64,000 nucleotides of DNA from an uncultured Nitrososphaeraceae archaeon (GTDB lineage Archaea > Thermoproteota > Nitrososphaeria > Nitrososphaerales > Nitrososphaeraceae). Positions 30,265-40,488 of the stretch are shown one piece after another. The notes beneath the pieces were generated by a model, which was not told the DNA's origin, searched no databases, and saw nothing but the letters and a program-made list of their open reading frames with translations. The stretch spans positions 224,001-288,000 of the forward strand of contig CAVXZB010000019.1 in the NCBI GenBank assembly GCA_963765895.1, written 5' to 3'. Position numbers and translations under genes: made by a program. Each line of letters begins with the position of its first letter. Position 1 is the first letter of the stretch.

Positions 30265-31355
30265 TAGTTGGCGATTATGCAACCTCGACATTTCGAAAGG
30301 AAGCACCAGAATCAGTTTTTGATATAGCTTACGAAGCGGGTTCTATACTTCTAAGCCATCATAAGGTGTCCCCGACTGAGATTGATGCTGTTCTATTTTC
30401 TAGTTGTTCCTCAGATCAATATTCTGCAAGTATAATAGCTGAAATGCTTGGAATAAAGCCAAAGATTGCGCAGAGAATCGACAATTTATGCAACTCAGGA
30501 ACAGCCGCAGTTATTTCAGCATACGGCTTGATTGCTTCGGGCCTTTGCAAATCTGCTTTAATCGTCGGAGCAGAATCACGAAATTCACCTGGTAGATCTC
30601 TCAGTTGGGATGTTGCCCGAGGGTCGTTCACACTTCCCATTTACTGGGCTACAATGTATGCGAGAAATCATATGCGTACTTATGGCACGACCGAGGAACA
30701 AATGGCAATGGTCACTGTAAAAAATCGTAGAAACGCATCAAAAAATCCTAATGCTTTGCACCGTAAGCAAGTTACAATGGACGAGGTAATGGCTTCTAAA
30801 CGAATCACCTATCCTTTAAAACTACTGGATTGCTCCTCATTGTGTACCGGAGCGTCTGCAGTTCTGTTATTATCGGAGGTAATGTCGTCGTGTAGAGTCG
30901 AAAATCCTGTGTACGTAACTGGTATTGGTGCGCAGACAAATTCTGCCAGTTTAAGTAAAGTGATAAGTGATATGAACGGTACAGGCACTTCTAGAATAGC
31001 CGCGATGGAGGCGTATCATATGGCTAAGAAAACCCCCAAAGATATCGATGTGGCAGAATTGCATGATGCATTTTCTATTATGGAGATAATGGCTTATGAA
31101 GATCTTGGATTTGTAGATAGAGGAATGGGAGGAAGATTTGTCGAACACGAGATGGTTGCGACAAATACCCGGGGAGGCATATTAGGTTGTGGTCACCCAC
31201 TCGGAGCTACTGGCGTTTCGCAGGTCGTCGAAATAGCTGCTCAACTGAGTGGAAAGGCAGGCAGAAGGCAGGTTAAAGGATGCAAAAACGGTTTAATTCA
31301 CAACCTCTCAGCAGGAGGTACTGCTGCCACGATAATCATCTTAGGGGTTGACTGA
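30252..31355 (+). CDS. Thiolase (acetyl-CoA acetyltransferase, archaeal/SCP-x type)
   Basis: Catalytic DNLCNSG, KNRRNASKNPNA, ELHDAF, GHPLGATG. Confidence 0.92.
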   Translation: MHKVIVGDYATSTFRKEAPESVFDIAYEAGSILLSHHKVSPTEIDAVLFSSCSSDQYSASIIAEMLGIKPKIAQRIDNLCNSGTAAVISAYGLIASGLCKSALIVGAESRNSPGRSLSWDVARGSFTLPIYWATMYARNHMRTYGTTEEQMAMVTVKNRRNASKNPNALHRKQVTMDEVMASKRITYPLKLLDCSSLCTGASAVLLLSEVMSSCRVENPVYVTGIGAQTNSASLSKVISDMNGTGTSRIAAMEAYHMAKKTPKDIDVAELHDAFSIMEIMAYEDLGFVDRGMGGRFVEHEMVATNTRGGILGCGHPLGATGVSQVVEIAAQLSGKAGRRQVKGCKNGLIHNLSAGGTAATIIILGVD

Positions 31356-31691
31356 TTGCTCAGATTTAAGCAATTCTTAATGAAAGGAGACTTTCGTGTT
31401 CCATTTTGCAGGACTTGCCGAGCCAATGTATGGCCTCCGTTCGAACACTGTCCAATTTGCCTGTCAAAAACAATACTTAAAAGAATCTCACGGAGAGGGA
31501 TCTTATTAGAATATAGCACATCCTTCATCTCCGGACGTGCTCAGGATTATGGGATTGTGGATCTTGAAGGTGTACACCTATTAGGATCTGTCCAGGGAAA
31601 TAATATATTTCCTGGACGTAAAGTTGTTATGTATGACTGCGGCATTGATGAGAGTAATACTCCATTTTATAAATTTGGAATAGATACCTGA
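31356..31691 (+). CDS. DUF35 Zn-ribbon/OB-fold protein (thiolase partner)
   Basis: CRTC...WPP...CPIC, then OB-fold strands; adjacent to the thiolase. Confidence 0.82.
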   Translation: MLRFKQFLMKGDFRVPFCRTCRANVWPPFEHCPICLSKTILKRISRRGILLEYSTSFISGRAQDYGIVDLEGVHLLGSVQGNNIFPGRKVVMYDCGIDESNTPFYKFGIDT

Positions 31692-31757
31692 AATTGATGC
31701 AAGATCTGAATTACGAGAGCTTGATTATTATATTTCATAAACTATTTAATATACGCC

Positions 31758-32117
31758 ATGAGTTATGACAGGTTTATTGACGATCGCCTTCTCACGAGCA
31801 GAGATGCTCTCAATAAGATCCAGATTAAAGTCAAAATGATAGAATATGATGAGAACGCAAGGGATTTTTCTCAGAGATTTGGAAGCAGAATTCTAGTCAA
31901 AAAAATTTTGCTGACTATCAGACACTTGGATACAGAGGAAATTGAGGAACGTGAACTGGATGTAGAAGGAATAGAAACCAGAATGAAAAAGGAAAGATTG
32001 TTTTCTTCCTCAAACCGTTGGGTTTCGCCTAGTGAAATAAAAAATGGTTACGTGGTTGCTAGTCGCCATCTAGATCTCTTGGCTGATGCAGTCGCATTAG
32101 ATATTTTTGTGTTCTAG
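31758..32117 (+). CDS. Hypothetical protein
   Basis: 119-aa ORF with an upstream TATA-like box; no family assigned. Confidence 0.75.
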   Translation: MSYDRFIDDRLLTSRDALNKIQIKVKMIEYDENARDFSQRFGSRILVKKILLTIRHLDTEEIEERELDVEGIETRMKKERLFSSSNRWVSPSEIKNGYVVASRHLDLLADAVALDIFVF

Positions 32118-32280
32118 TCTGATTGAATTAACCTAACTTAATTCTCCCTCACCGATTTACTAATACGCCACAATTTGTGCATACTATTACCAGAATTGAA
32201 TAGATCCTACTAAAATTTCCAATAAAATCTGGTTAGAATTTAAACACTACAAAAATATATTACTGTCCGAAAATCATAAG

Positions 32281-32385
32281 CGCCGCTGATCAGACTCGAA
32301 CTGATGACCCACTGGTTAACAGCCAGCTGAGCTAAAGAGGCTCATAATCCTCCAAATTTGCTCTACCATGCTGAGCTACAGCGGC
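32281..32385 (-). tRNA. tRNA-Asn(GTT) with a 31-nt non-canonical intron at position 27/28 (intron 32327-32357)
   Basis: Acceptor GCCGCTG/CAGCGGC; D arm GCTC/GAGC; T loop TTCGAGT; splicing gives anticodon stem ACTGG/CCAGT with loop CT-GTT-AA. Confidence 0.92.
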
Positions 32386-32564
32386 GCAATTATAGTGCAA
32401 TTTTAAGCACAAAATAAATGTTATGCTGTCAGCAGAAAGATACTCGGATTTACAAATATTATTTCTAAATTCGAATTAAGAAAGAAAACAACAGTTTCCG
32501 AAGATGTACATACATATACTTCCTGCGTCTAACTAACCGATCAATAGGTAAAGGAGTTTTGGTT

Positions 32565-33119
32565 TCAGCCCTGATAAATGTAAAGTCCGTCTAAAAATAC
32601 CCTTTGATCTTTTTGCTTAACCTTAGTAGAAGACTCGATATTTGCGGCAGTCTGAGAAACATTTTCGAGGCTGGGTCCCTGTACGATTACATCCTCGCCA
32701 CTAACACTAACCTTGGTTAATTCACCAACAATCTGCGAGACCCTTGATGACCTCTCACCGAAGAAGTTGTCCACGTGAACCTCCCTGTCCTTTACTTTGA
32801 CTGAGATAGGAAAGTGTGCATATACTATTTTTAACTTGTATGTATACCCATTTTCAACGCCTTTTATCATGTTTGTGATCAGGCTTTTGCAGGTATTGGA
32901 AATAGCGCGATCCTTTTTTCTTGAACCATATGGCCTTATTACAACTCGATTCCCTTTGATCATAATATCCACAGGTAATTTTGTAATATCTTTTTTAATC
33001 GTGCCCAGTTTGCCCTGAATACTGAGCATGTTGTCTTCGAGAGCTGCAGTAACACCTGAAGGGATATCGACTTCAAATGCTAACTCTTCCTTTGAGTTTT
33101 CGCTAGAAGACAAATCCAA
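32565..33119 (-). CDS. rpl6: 50S ribosomal protein L6 (uL6)
   Basis: NMIKGVENGYTYKLKIVYAHFP, NFFGER, DQRVFLDGLYI. Confidence 0.95.
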   Translation of the reverse strand: MDLSSSENSKEELAFEVDIPSGVTAALEDNMLSIQGKLGTIKKDITKLPVDIMIKGNRVVIRPYGSRKKDRAISNTCKSLITNMIKGVENGYTYKLKIVYAHFPISVKVKDREVHVDNFFGERSSRVSQIVGELTKVSVSGEDVIVQGPSLENVSQTAANIESSTKVKQKDQRVFLDGLYIYQG

Positions 33120-33495
33120 TTAGCACTCCTCCTAAACCCTTGCCTTGCGCGTCATGGTGTGACATAATTCCGCTACTAGTGGATACAATTATCATTCCCA
33201 TACTGTATGCTGGCAGGTACTGTCTCTCCCAATCGAGGTAGCCATCCTTTTTTACACTAAATCTTGGGGTAATTACTCCGCATTTATTTATCCTAGCCAA
33301 GAGCTGAATTCTGAATTTTCCACTTTTGCCATCATCAACCTGTTCAAACTCGCCAATGTATCCTTGCTTCTGCAATACTCTCAATATATCACTTGTAAAT
33401 CGAGATGAAGGTATTGCAATACATTCCTTCTTCCTTCTTGCCTCGTTATTGTACAACGTTGTAAAAAGATTAGAGAGTACATTTAATGCTGGCAA
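33103..33495 (-). CDS. rps8: 30S ribosomal protein S8 (uS8)
   Basis: GYIGEFE, INKCGVITPRF, STSSGIMSH. Confidence 0.96.
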   Translation of the reverse strand: MPALNVLSNLFTTLYNNEARRKKECIAIPSSRFTSDILRVLQKQGYIGEFEQVDDGKSGKFRIQLLARINKCGVITPRFSVKKDGYLDWERQYLPAYSMGMIIVSTSSGIMSHHDAQGKGLGGVLIGFVF

Positions 33496-33510
33496 TACTC
33501 TGCAACCTCC

Positions 33511-33690
33511 TTACTCATATTTTCTGAACCCCAGACTGGCAGCTACTTCTCTAAAACATTGCCTGCAAAGCATTAGGTTATACTGGTGTATTAATCCAGT
33601 ATATGAACCACATCTTTTACACCATCTTGTTCCTCTACCGTGGGCAAGCTGCTTTCTTCCAGTTTCAGCATATTCTCGGGGTTTTGGCAT
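33511..33690 (-). CDS. rps14: 30S ribosomal protein S14 (uS14)
   Basis: Not in the ORF track. 59 aa MPKPREY...[11 protein letters not shown]...[19 protein letters not shown]. Confidence 0.95.
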   Translation of the reverse strand: MPKPREYAETGRKQLAHGRGTRWCKRCGSYTGLIHQYNLMLCRQCFREVAASLGFRKYE

Positions 33691-34214
33691 TAGGATACTA
33701 CAACCCCGTATTCTTTCTGGAAAAAGGCTATTGAATCATCCTTGGTGATTCGATGTTTTTTGCCAACCTTGCCCTTATTTCTTTTCCTAGCAATTCTGTA
33801 TCCCGGTCTCACTAATGCAACACTGACATTCATTCCAACTATACCTATTTCTGGATTATATTTTGTGCCAGGTATATCAATGTGTTCATGAATACCAACT
33901 GAAATATTGCCCATATTATCGAAAGACGAAGCTGGAAACGTGTTTGCTTTTGCAGCAATAATCCTCTTCAGGAAGTCTTGCGCAATTTCTCTTCTTAAGG
34001 TCACAATCGCAGCTATCGGCTCTCCTTTGTGAATGCCAAAATCACGGTAGTTTTTCTTTGCTCCTCTAACGCTTGGAACCTGACCAGTTAGCTCTTGAAG
34101 CGCTCGTTTAGCTCTCTCAAGAGGTTCTCCAGATTTACCAACAGCAATGTTTATCACAACCTTATCTACTGAAATCTTTTTCATTCGATGCGAAATCTCT
34201 AGTTGTTGACTCAT
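33690..34214 (-). CDS. rpl5: 50S ribosomal protein L5 (uL5)
   Basis: [36 protein letters not shown]. Confidence 0.96.
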   Translation of the reverse strand: MSQQLEISHRMKKISVDKVVINIAVGKSGEPLERAKRALQELTGQVPSVRGAKKNYRDFGIHKGEPIAAIVTLRREIAQDFLKRIIAAKANTFPASSFDNMGNISVGIHEHIDIPGTKYNPEIGIVGMNVSVALVRPGYRIARKRNKGKVGKKHRITKDDSIAFFQKEYGVVVS

Positions 34215-34218
34215 ATGT

Positions 34219-34935
34219 TTAGCTCACCTTGATGATTGGGGTATCGTTTCCTACAACCATCACTTTATCGACTGGGAGTTCGACTAGTCTTTCACCCAGT
34301 CCAACTACCACCCTCTTTGGCAATGAGAATAGTCCGTCCTTTATATCCTCAATTTTTCCCAGACCTCCTGCATTCTCTCCACCTATGATTAATCCCGTGT
34401 ATCCCTTTTCAAATTTGATATGCTCTTTTATCTCTGACTGTGGCAGACCTAAGCGACATGAATCCCCTACTGCCATTTTAATATCACTTATAATTGTTTT
34501 ACCATCGTGAAAGCCATACTGCAACCTGTTCTTTCTTATCGTGCTTTTACTCGTTACCATAACCAGTTTCGATGTTTTTTCCTGACTATCAGTTGGTAGG
34601 GGAACCAACAGTCTAGAATTCTTTGGAACAAGACGAAAACTTTGACCAGTCTTAACAAGTTCAATGACGTCCATCAATCCTACTGCCCTGGAATCATCAT
34701 GTACGATTTTCCCATCCACCTTTATCATTCCCTCATTAAGTAGCTTCTGTGCTTCCAGTAATGTACTTGTTACCTTCAGTACGTCGCGCAAAAGTACCGC
34801 CAAAGCGTAAGATTTTTGTCTTTGATGTGGACCTGGACTGCTTCGTACTACAAATCTACTTTCTTTTCGTTTTATTTGCCAGAACGAAGGAGCCATTTGC
34901 CTCTTAAGTCTGTTGCTACCTCCCTTTCTTCCCAT
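34219..34935 (-). CDS. rps4e: 30S ribosomal protein S4e
   Basis: LKRQMAPSFW, SPGPH, VDGK, GLMDVI, HDG. Confidence 0.96.
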   Translation of the reverse strand: MGRKGGSNRLKRQMAPSFWQIKRKESRFVVRSSPGPHQRQKSYALAVLLRDVLKVTSTLLEAQKLLNEGMIKVDGKIVHDDSRAVGLMDVIELVKTGQSFRLVPKNSRLLVPLPTDSQEKTSKLVMVTSKSTIRKNRLQYGFHDGKTIISDIKMAVGDSCRLGLPQSEIKEHIKFEKGYTGLIIGGENAGGLGKIEDIKDGLFSLPKRVVVGLGERLVELPVDKVMVVGNDTPIIKVS

Positions 34936-35357
34936 TAAGCAGCACTCTTTCTCCTTGTTTTCTTATTTTGGCTTTGTGATTTTTTATCTCTTTTCGAGTT
35001 TTTCTCTCCGCTAGTAACTTTAGGTTTTGAAATCGATTGTAAATGAGTTTGTCGTCGTTTGTCATCCAGATGTAACGATATTACAATCACATTGGATGCA
35101 TGAATTTGAACCTTGACATTTCCGCCCCTAACCTTTTCTCTCTGTATCCCCTCTATTGATAACGTGCCCCTCTTTGTATCAACCTTCTCGACTTTACCTT
35201 CCACACCAGCATACTCTCCTCTCATTACCTTTACACTATCTCCCTTGACTACCCTTACGCTCCTGATCTTGTACTGTTGACGTAAGTTATCCTTTAGCGA
35301 TGAGCAAACACTTGAATCTCTGACGTGCTTACTTTCGTGAGCAAGATTATAATTCAA
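34935..35357 (-). CDS. rpl24: 50S ribosomal protein L24 (uL24)
   Basis: KOW motif KGDSVKVMRGEY, IHASNV. Confidence 0.94.
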   Translation of the reverse strand: MNYNLAHESKHVRDSSVCSSLKDNLRQQYKIRSVRVVKGDSVKVMRGEYAGVEGKVEKVDTKRGTLSIEGIQREKVRGGNVKVQIHASNVIVISLHLDDKRRQTHLQSISKPKVTSGEKNSKRDKKSQSQNKKTRRKSAA

Positions 35358-35385
35358 CTTTTAGACCTCCCAACATCAGCCACAC

Positions 35386-35820
35386 CTAAATTATCATTGA
35401 CGCCAGATTTGCAATTCTGGGCCATCTTTCAGCAACTTCTGCTGCTACCGGACCTTTGATATCAGTTCCTTTTATTTCGCCTTCTTGTGTTACTAGAACT
35501 GCTGCATTATCCTCGAAGATTAGACGTGTTCCATTGAGTCTTCGAACAGGATATTTCTGTCTAATTATGACTGCCCCATAGATCTGTTTTCGCAATTCCG
35601 CAGGTCCTTTCTTGACAGTTACTGTGACAAAATCACCTATGGCTCCCGACGGAAGTCTTGAGTGTCGACCTTTGTATTTGGTGACCTGTACGATTCTTAG
35701 AACTTTGGCTCCTGTGTTGTCGGCACACACCAATTTTGCTGTAACAGGGAGGGCCCTTGTGACGTAGGGCCGGAATTCTTCTACGCCTTTGGCAGAAACA
35801 GCCCTTGTCTTAGACGCCAT
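35386..35820 (-). CDS. rpl14: 50S ribosomal protein L14 (uL14)
   Basis: CADNTGAK, FEDNAAV, KGPVA, WPRIA. Confidence 0.97.
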   Translation of the reverse strand: MASKTRAVSAKGVEEFRPYVTRALPVTAKLVCADNTGAKVLRIVQVTKYKGRHSRLPSGAIGDFVTVTVKKGPAELRKQIYGAVIIRQKYPVRRLNGTRLIFEDNAAVLVTQEGEIKGTDIKGPVAAEVAERWPRIANLASMII

Positions 35821-36145
35821 TTCCTGAATTTACCTCGATGACAACAAATGAAACCGTCTTAGACAGTGGTCTGCACTCCGCAATTTTGACCTCGTCTCCC
35901 TCGTTTACATCAATACACTCCGCTGCATATGCATGCACTCGAGATCTACTCCTTTCATATCTCTTATATTTTAGAACAGGACGCGAGTAACTTCTCTCTA
36001 CAACAACCATATTTTTGGCTTTATGGCTTGCAACAAATCCCGTTATCAATTTTCCTCTTATCGAGAGCCTCCCATGGAAGGGACATTGGTCATCTTCGCA
36101 GGACTTTCTGGGAGGCGTAACAGTAATACCTATATTTCTAACCAT
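35810..36145 (-). CDS. rps17: 30S ribosomal protein S17 (uS17)
   Basis: CPFHG, KYKRYER, ECRPLSKT. Confidence 0.96.
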   Translation of the reverse strand: MVRNIGITVTPPRKSCEDDQCPFHGRLSIRGKLITGFVASHKAKNMVVVERSYSRPVLKYKRYERSRSRVHAYAAECIDVNEGDEVKIAECRPLSKTVSFVVIEVNSGNGV

Positions 36146-36150
36146 CAAAA

Positions 36151-36420
36151 TCAACTCATTCGTAATATACGATCCTCTGGTCTTGCTATCAAACTAGAAC
36201 CACTTATAAAGCAAACGCCAGACGGAAGCTCTAGCTTCATCACCTGTATTGTCGTTTTAGGTATGGCCTTTACTCCCTTATCATCCTCCATTATGAGCAT
36301 TTTTTTCGTTTCATAAATGATTTTTCCACAAATATTCCTTAAAGAGGCCATAGATGAGGACTTTATCGTCACTCTCAGGCCGATCAATTCGTGGTTATGT
36401 ATATTATTGCTTGTAATCAT
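36151..36420 (-). CDS. rnp1: Ribonuclease P protein component 1 (Rpp29)
   Basis: HELIGLRV, GKIIYETK, IPK, RPEDR; usual position between rpl29 and rps17. Confidence 0.92.
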   Translation of the reverse strand: MITSNNIHNHELIGLRVTIKSSSMASLRNICGKIIYETKKMLIMEDDKGVKAIPKTTIQVMKLELPSGVCFISGSSLIARPEDRILRMS

Positions 36421-36422
36421 GT

Positions 36423-36626
36423 CTATCCGACTTTCCTTTCATTTTGCAATGTCATTATCCTTGCAATATCTCGCCTAAGCCACTTGATATTCCCGGTCTG
36501 TTTCTTTAGCGTACCTTTAGCACCTTCAGATCTCATTTTAGCCAATTCTGTGTTCAATTCAAAAAGCTTATCCGATAGGTCATTACCATTCATTTCTCTG
36601 AGCGTCTTTAACTTAACTCTGCCCAT
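36423..36626 (-). CDS. rpl29: 50S ribosomal protein L29 (uL29)
   Basis: LREM...LRRDIARIMT. Confidence 0.94.
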   Translation of the reverse strand: MGRVKLKTLREMNGNDLSDKLFELNTELAKMRSEGAKGTLKKQTGNIKWLRRDIARIMTLQNERKVG

Positions 36627-36655
36627 TAGTCTTTACCTCCGTTGGTACTCTTGTC

Positions 36656-37343
36656 TCAGTCTTCTCTGTCTTCAGCTGTCTCTTCATGAGGAACTATGGA
36701 ACTGGTATCATCCACAGCTGGCAAGATATCTGAATTTTGTTGTTGAACAAGTGACTCTGAAAGTTCAAATTCTTGTGGGACTTCGTTCTTTATTGCTATT
36801 CGTACTTGGATTCCCATTAGTCCCATTTTTGTTGAAACATGCGAGATACTGGATTTTACTATTCTTTCTGCCATATCTCCACTCTTTGGTACTACTCCAG
36901 ACGAATGTTTCTCAAAATGAGCACGCTCGCTTCTTAATTTGCCAGCAATCGAGACTTCAACACCCAAGGCTCCTGCACCATTAATCGTATTAATGGTCCA
37001 AAGAGCTGCCCTTCGAAAGGCAGTTCCACGCTCAATTAACTGGGCAATTCTGTTGCACATAATTTTGGGATTTAGCTCAGGAATAGAAACTTCTTGAACG
37101 GAAATCTGAGGATTACTCAGCCCAAATTTCTCCTCAATTTTGGCTGTTAGGTCCTTTATGCCACTACCCTTCCTACCTATTACAAGACCAGGCCTGGTCA
37201 CATATAGCGTAATTCTAGTTCCTATCGGAGTTCTTTGCATTTCAACATCACCGTATCCAGCATCTTTAAGCGTAGTTGACAAGAACTCGTCAAGCTCTAG
37301 ATTTCTGAAATTATTTTTGACTAGGTTTCTAGCTGCCGCTCAT
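36656..37343 (-). CDS. rps3: 30S ribosomal protein S3 (uS3) (apparent frameshift near 37337)
   Basis: KH motif RPGLVIGRKG, FRRA, GKLRSER; N-terminus MSAARNLVKNNFRNLELDEFL is restored by deleting one base. Confidence 0.94.
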
Positions 37344-37817
37344 TATTGTATTCTACCTTCCATAGCGACTAGTTCAAAATGTACTAGTGTATTGAACTTA
37401 GGACTTGCTCTTCCCATTGCTCGAGGAGTGAATCTCTCTATTTTTGTTCCCTTATGCACAACTGCACTAATTATTTTCAAAGAATCTAAATCCATTCCTT
37501 TATATTCAGCATTTGATTCTAGATTGTCGATTAGTTTTAATACTTCTTTTGCAGTTTTCTGTGGAAACCTTCCTGAACAATAGCCGTCTCGAATATTCGA
37601 TCGATGTGCGACTTCATTATTATATCTCCTGTACGGAACTGCTATCTTTCTGGCAATTACGTCCTCCAAAAAAACGCGTGCTCGTTCGATAGACATTCCC
37701 TTTATGGCCACCGCAACCTCACGTGCATGTTTGTGAGATATAGACTTTTCCCGAAGGGCAGCTCTCACGTGTTTTGATCTGTCAAAGTTTTGAAATGAGT
37801 ACCTGAAAATCGCCCAT
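37343..37817 (-). CDS. rpl22: 50S ribosomal protein L22 (uL22) (apparent frameshift near 37807)
   Basis: ISHKHAREV, GRFPQK, NAEYKG, PRAMGRA; ATG 37817 gives MGDFRYSFQNFD after one-base deletion. Confidence 0.94.
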
Positions 37818-37822
37818 TCAAA

Positions 37823-38230
37823 TCACTTGAGAGGAACATACAAGCTAGACCTAGACGAGCCCACACCTGGCGCACCATGCTGAACACGTTTATTTGTTAT
37901 AGAATATTCACCTAAATAATGCCCTATCATTTCTGGCCTTATTGTAATAAGAACAAAATCCTTTCCATTATGTACATTCATACTCAGCCCTACCATATCA
38001 GGCAGAATGATCATATCTCTAACGTGTGTCTTCAACTGACCCTTCAACTTTCCGTCTCGTAGCAACTTAATTTCTTCACGCAGTTTTCGTTTATCGTCAC
38101 TCATGTATTTTCCGACCCTCTTATCAAGAGATCTCCTTTGCCTTGAATTTAACAGCGGCAGGAGTGCTTCAATAGAAAGAGTAGGCAATTGTTGAGAGGC
38201 ATACCCCTTGAATTTGAATTCGCGAACCAA
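37823..38230 (-). CDS. rps19: 30S ribosomal protein S19 (uS19)
   Basis: KTHVRDMIILPDMVG, EMIGHYLGEYS, HGAPGVG. Confidence 0.96.
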   Translation of the reverse strand: MVREFKFKGYASQQLPTLSIEALLPLLNSRQRRSLDKRVGKYMSDDKRKLREEIKLLRDGKLKGQLKTHVRDMIILPDMVGLSMNVHNGKDFVLITIRPEMIGHYLGEYSITNKRVQHGAPGVGSSRSSLYVPLK

Positions 38231-38295
38231 TTATGTCAATTACTCCAACCAAATGCTACTTTTAAACCTAACCAAGGAGAACTTGATCATATAAT

Positions 38296-38589
38296 TTAAA
38301 CCAGACCTAGCGTAGTAGCAAGATTTCTCGCCCCTTCAGTCTCTTTAAATCTCAACAACGCCTTTTTCCCATGAATTGTTCTGTATGTGTTTACTTCCGC
38401 AGCTTCGACTTCATACAATATCATAAGCGCGCTTATAATATCCATTTTAGATGCTCGATCAGAGACAATAAATGTTAGCTTATTCTCTTTTTCAATTAGG
38501 TTGAACGTTTTTTCAGTAATATACGGCTTTAGGAGTATCGACTTTGCCTGATTTATTGTCATTTCGTTCTTTTTATCTGCATTATTCAT
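38296..38589 (-). CDS. rpl23: 50S ribosomal protein L23 (uL23)
   Basis: PYITEK, ENKLTFIV, VNT, GKKA. Confidence 0.94.
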   Translation of the reverse strand: MNNADKKNEMTINQAKSILLKPYITEKTFNLIEKENKLTFIVSDRASKMDIISALMILYEVEAAEVNTYRTIHGKKALLRFKETEGARNLATTLGLV

Positions 38590-39402
38590 TTACTACTGCC
38601 AACCTCTCTCTTATAATGAAGCGCCAGTTTCAAGAGCTTTAATTTTTCGATGGCACCGAGCGAAAATATAGTTAATCGCGCAGGCCTAGAGCCTGGAGCA
38701 GTATCTAATACACTGATACCTTTGACGGACTTTACATCGACTCCCCTTAAAGAGCCAGAAAGATCTAACACTTTTTTGTTCTCATCTACAACTATTAGCA
38801 CACTTTTCCCGGACCTACCTTTCCGTCCCCTTCGTCTCCTCGTCCCTGATGAACTCTTAGAGTTTTCGACCCTTTGTAAATCTTCGCCAATACCCAAGTT
38901 AACTAGTGCATTCTTCAAATCCTTGGCCTTGGCAATAGATTCAATATCATTCGATGCTATTATTGGAAGACCACCTATTTTTCCTAGCTTGTGGCCACGT
39001 CTTTCAACTAGTTCTTTATTACTGGTAGCGAGCAATAGAAGAGCACAAGCCGTATTTGTTCTCTTTTTTATTTATTTTCTTGTAAGTGTTTTTCCACGAT
39101 TCTGGAGGGTGCGCTACTCTTCCATGTCTGACGCCTGCGACTCCCGCGGCCTGTCCTGCCCTTGGAAAGCCTTCGCCACGTGCTCTAGCGATTCTGGCGA
39201 TTCCTTGTCCGGTATTTCGAGATTCAGCACTTACGACCTCTCCAGCCATGGGATACCGGCCTTGTTTTTGAAAATTATGTGACAGTAAATTAACGTAAGA
39301 CTTGTGAATAATATCCTCCCTAACTGGTGTATCAAAAACTATAGGAAGCTCCATCTCTCCTGATAAAGTCCCATCGATTTCAGATACTCGAGCTTTCATC
39401 AT
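38586..39402 (-). CDS. rpl4: 50S ribosomal protein L4 (uL4) (apparent frameshift near 39031)
   Basis: VREDII, SAES.NTGQGIARIAR, GRVAHPP, KKINKKE; C-half RGH...APGSRPARLTIFS. Confidence 0.93.
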
Positions 39403-40402
39403 TGCTGTGTCATAACCTCCAAGATTTTTGGTTCTGTTATTTTCCGATGGGAATACCTGAGCGGCTTGCCTCATCTTCACTAACCTCTTTGGTACTCCTG
39501 GTATCGATCCTCTCACGACCACATAATCGCTAGTTATTACTCCATAATGCTTGAAACCACCTTTAGGATTGATTCCCTTCAACTTGTCATGTTCAGGATT
39601 CGAGATTAATAATATACGCTTATTATACTCTGTCCTTTGGTGAAAACCCCTTTGACCTTGTCGTGGTACAGTATACATTACGACAGCCGGGGAGATAGGA
39701 CCCAAAGTTCCAACTGCTCTAACACTTTTCCTGGACTTGTGCTGCTTCCTCTTCACGCCGAATCTGGTGATTGGTCCTTCAACTCCTTTTCCCCGAGTGA
39801 TTGCTGAAACGTCAATGTATTGCCCAGGTTTAAATACATCATTAATCTTGACCTCTTTTCCTAACCTCTCCTTCAAAAATTCGTAAGCCCTCTTTGTTTC
39901 CTGGCTGGAAACTGGAATTTCAAAAATAAATGGTCTTTTCTGGGATATACCAATCTCATGCGGAACCACACATGCCAAAGCTGACGATTTCTTTGGCCGA
40001 ATCAAGAGTCGATTCCGCTTTACTGAATTGCTCCTCGCTATATTTTATTTTTAATTTGCGAGACAGGTATTTCACCGTATCTTTTCCGTACACGTCAAAA
40101 ATCACATGTTTTACATATTCCTGATAAGCATAACCTCGGATGCCAATGATTCTGATCGGAGGAACAGCAATAACAGTCGAAGGGTTCAGGAGTTGCTTTC
40201 CGAAATTGGGAGTTTTCTCGCGATCATCTACCGTCAAAACCTCGATACCTCCGACTTTAAATCCCGCGAACCCAAGAAGATTGGCCCCGTCAGATCGCTC
40301 TGTTGGATAAGTCCTCATTCTAGCCTCTAAACTTTTGGCTCGTGCACGAGGCCTGAAAGCAATGCTCCCTCTTCTAGGAGCGCTATATTTACGATGACCC
40401 AT
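39399..40402 (-). CDS. rpl3: 50S ribosomal protein L3 (uL3) (apparent frameshifts near 39982 and 39466)
   Basis: APRRGS.AFRPR, FAGFKVG, TRGKGVEGP, GQRGFHQRTEYNKRI, GGFKHYG, GSIPG; corrected tail PLRYSHRKITEPKILEVMTQQ*. Confidence 0.94.
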
Positions 40403-40488
40403 ACTATTACAAAAGAACGCTCTTGTTAGCCTTTAATAAATTTATTACTTTAGATTAGGTGCTTAGTGTTAGAGTTAGTAATGCTCAC

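Noticed and set aside
39019-40005. Apparent L3-L4 fusion ORF (328 aa)
   Set aside because: Produced by an extra base near 39466; correction restores the L3 stop overlapping the L4 ATG.
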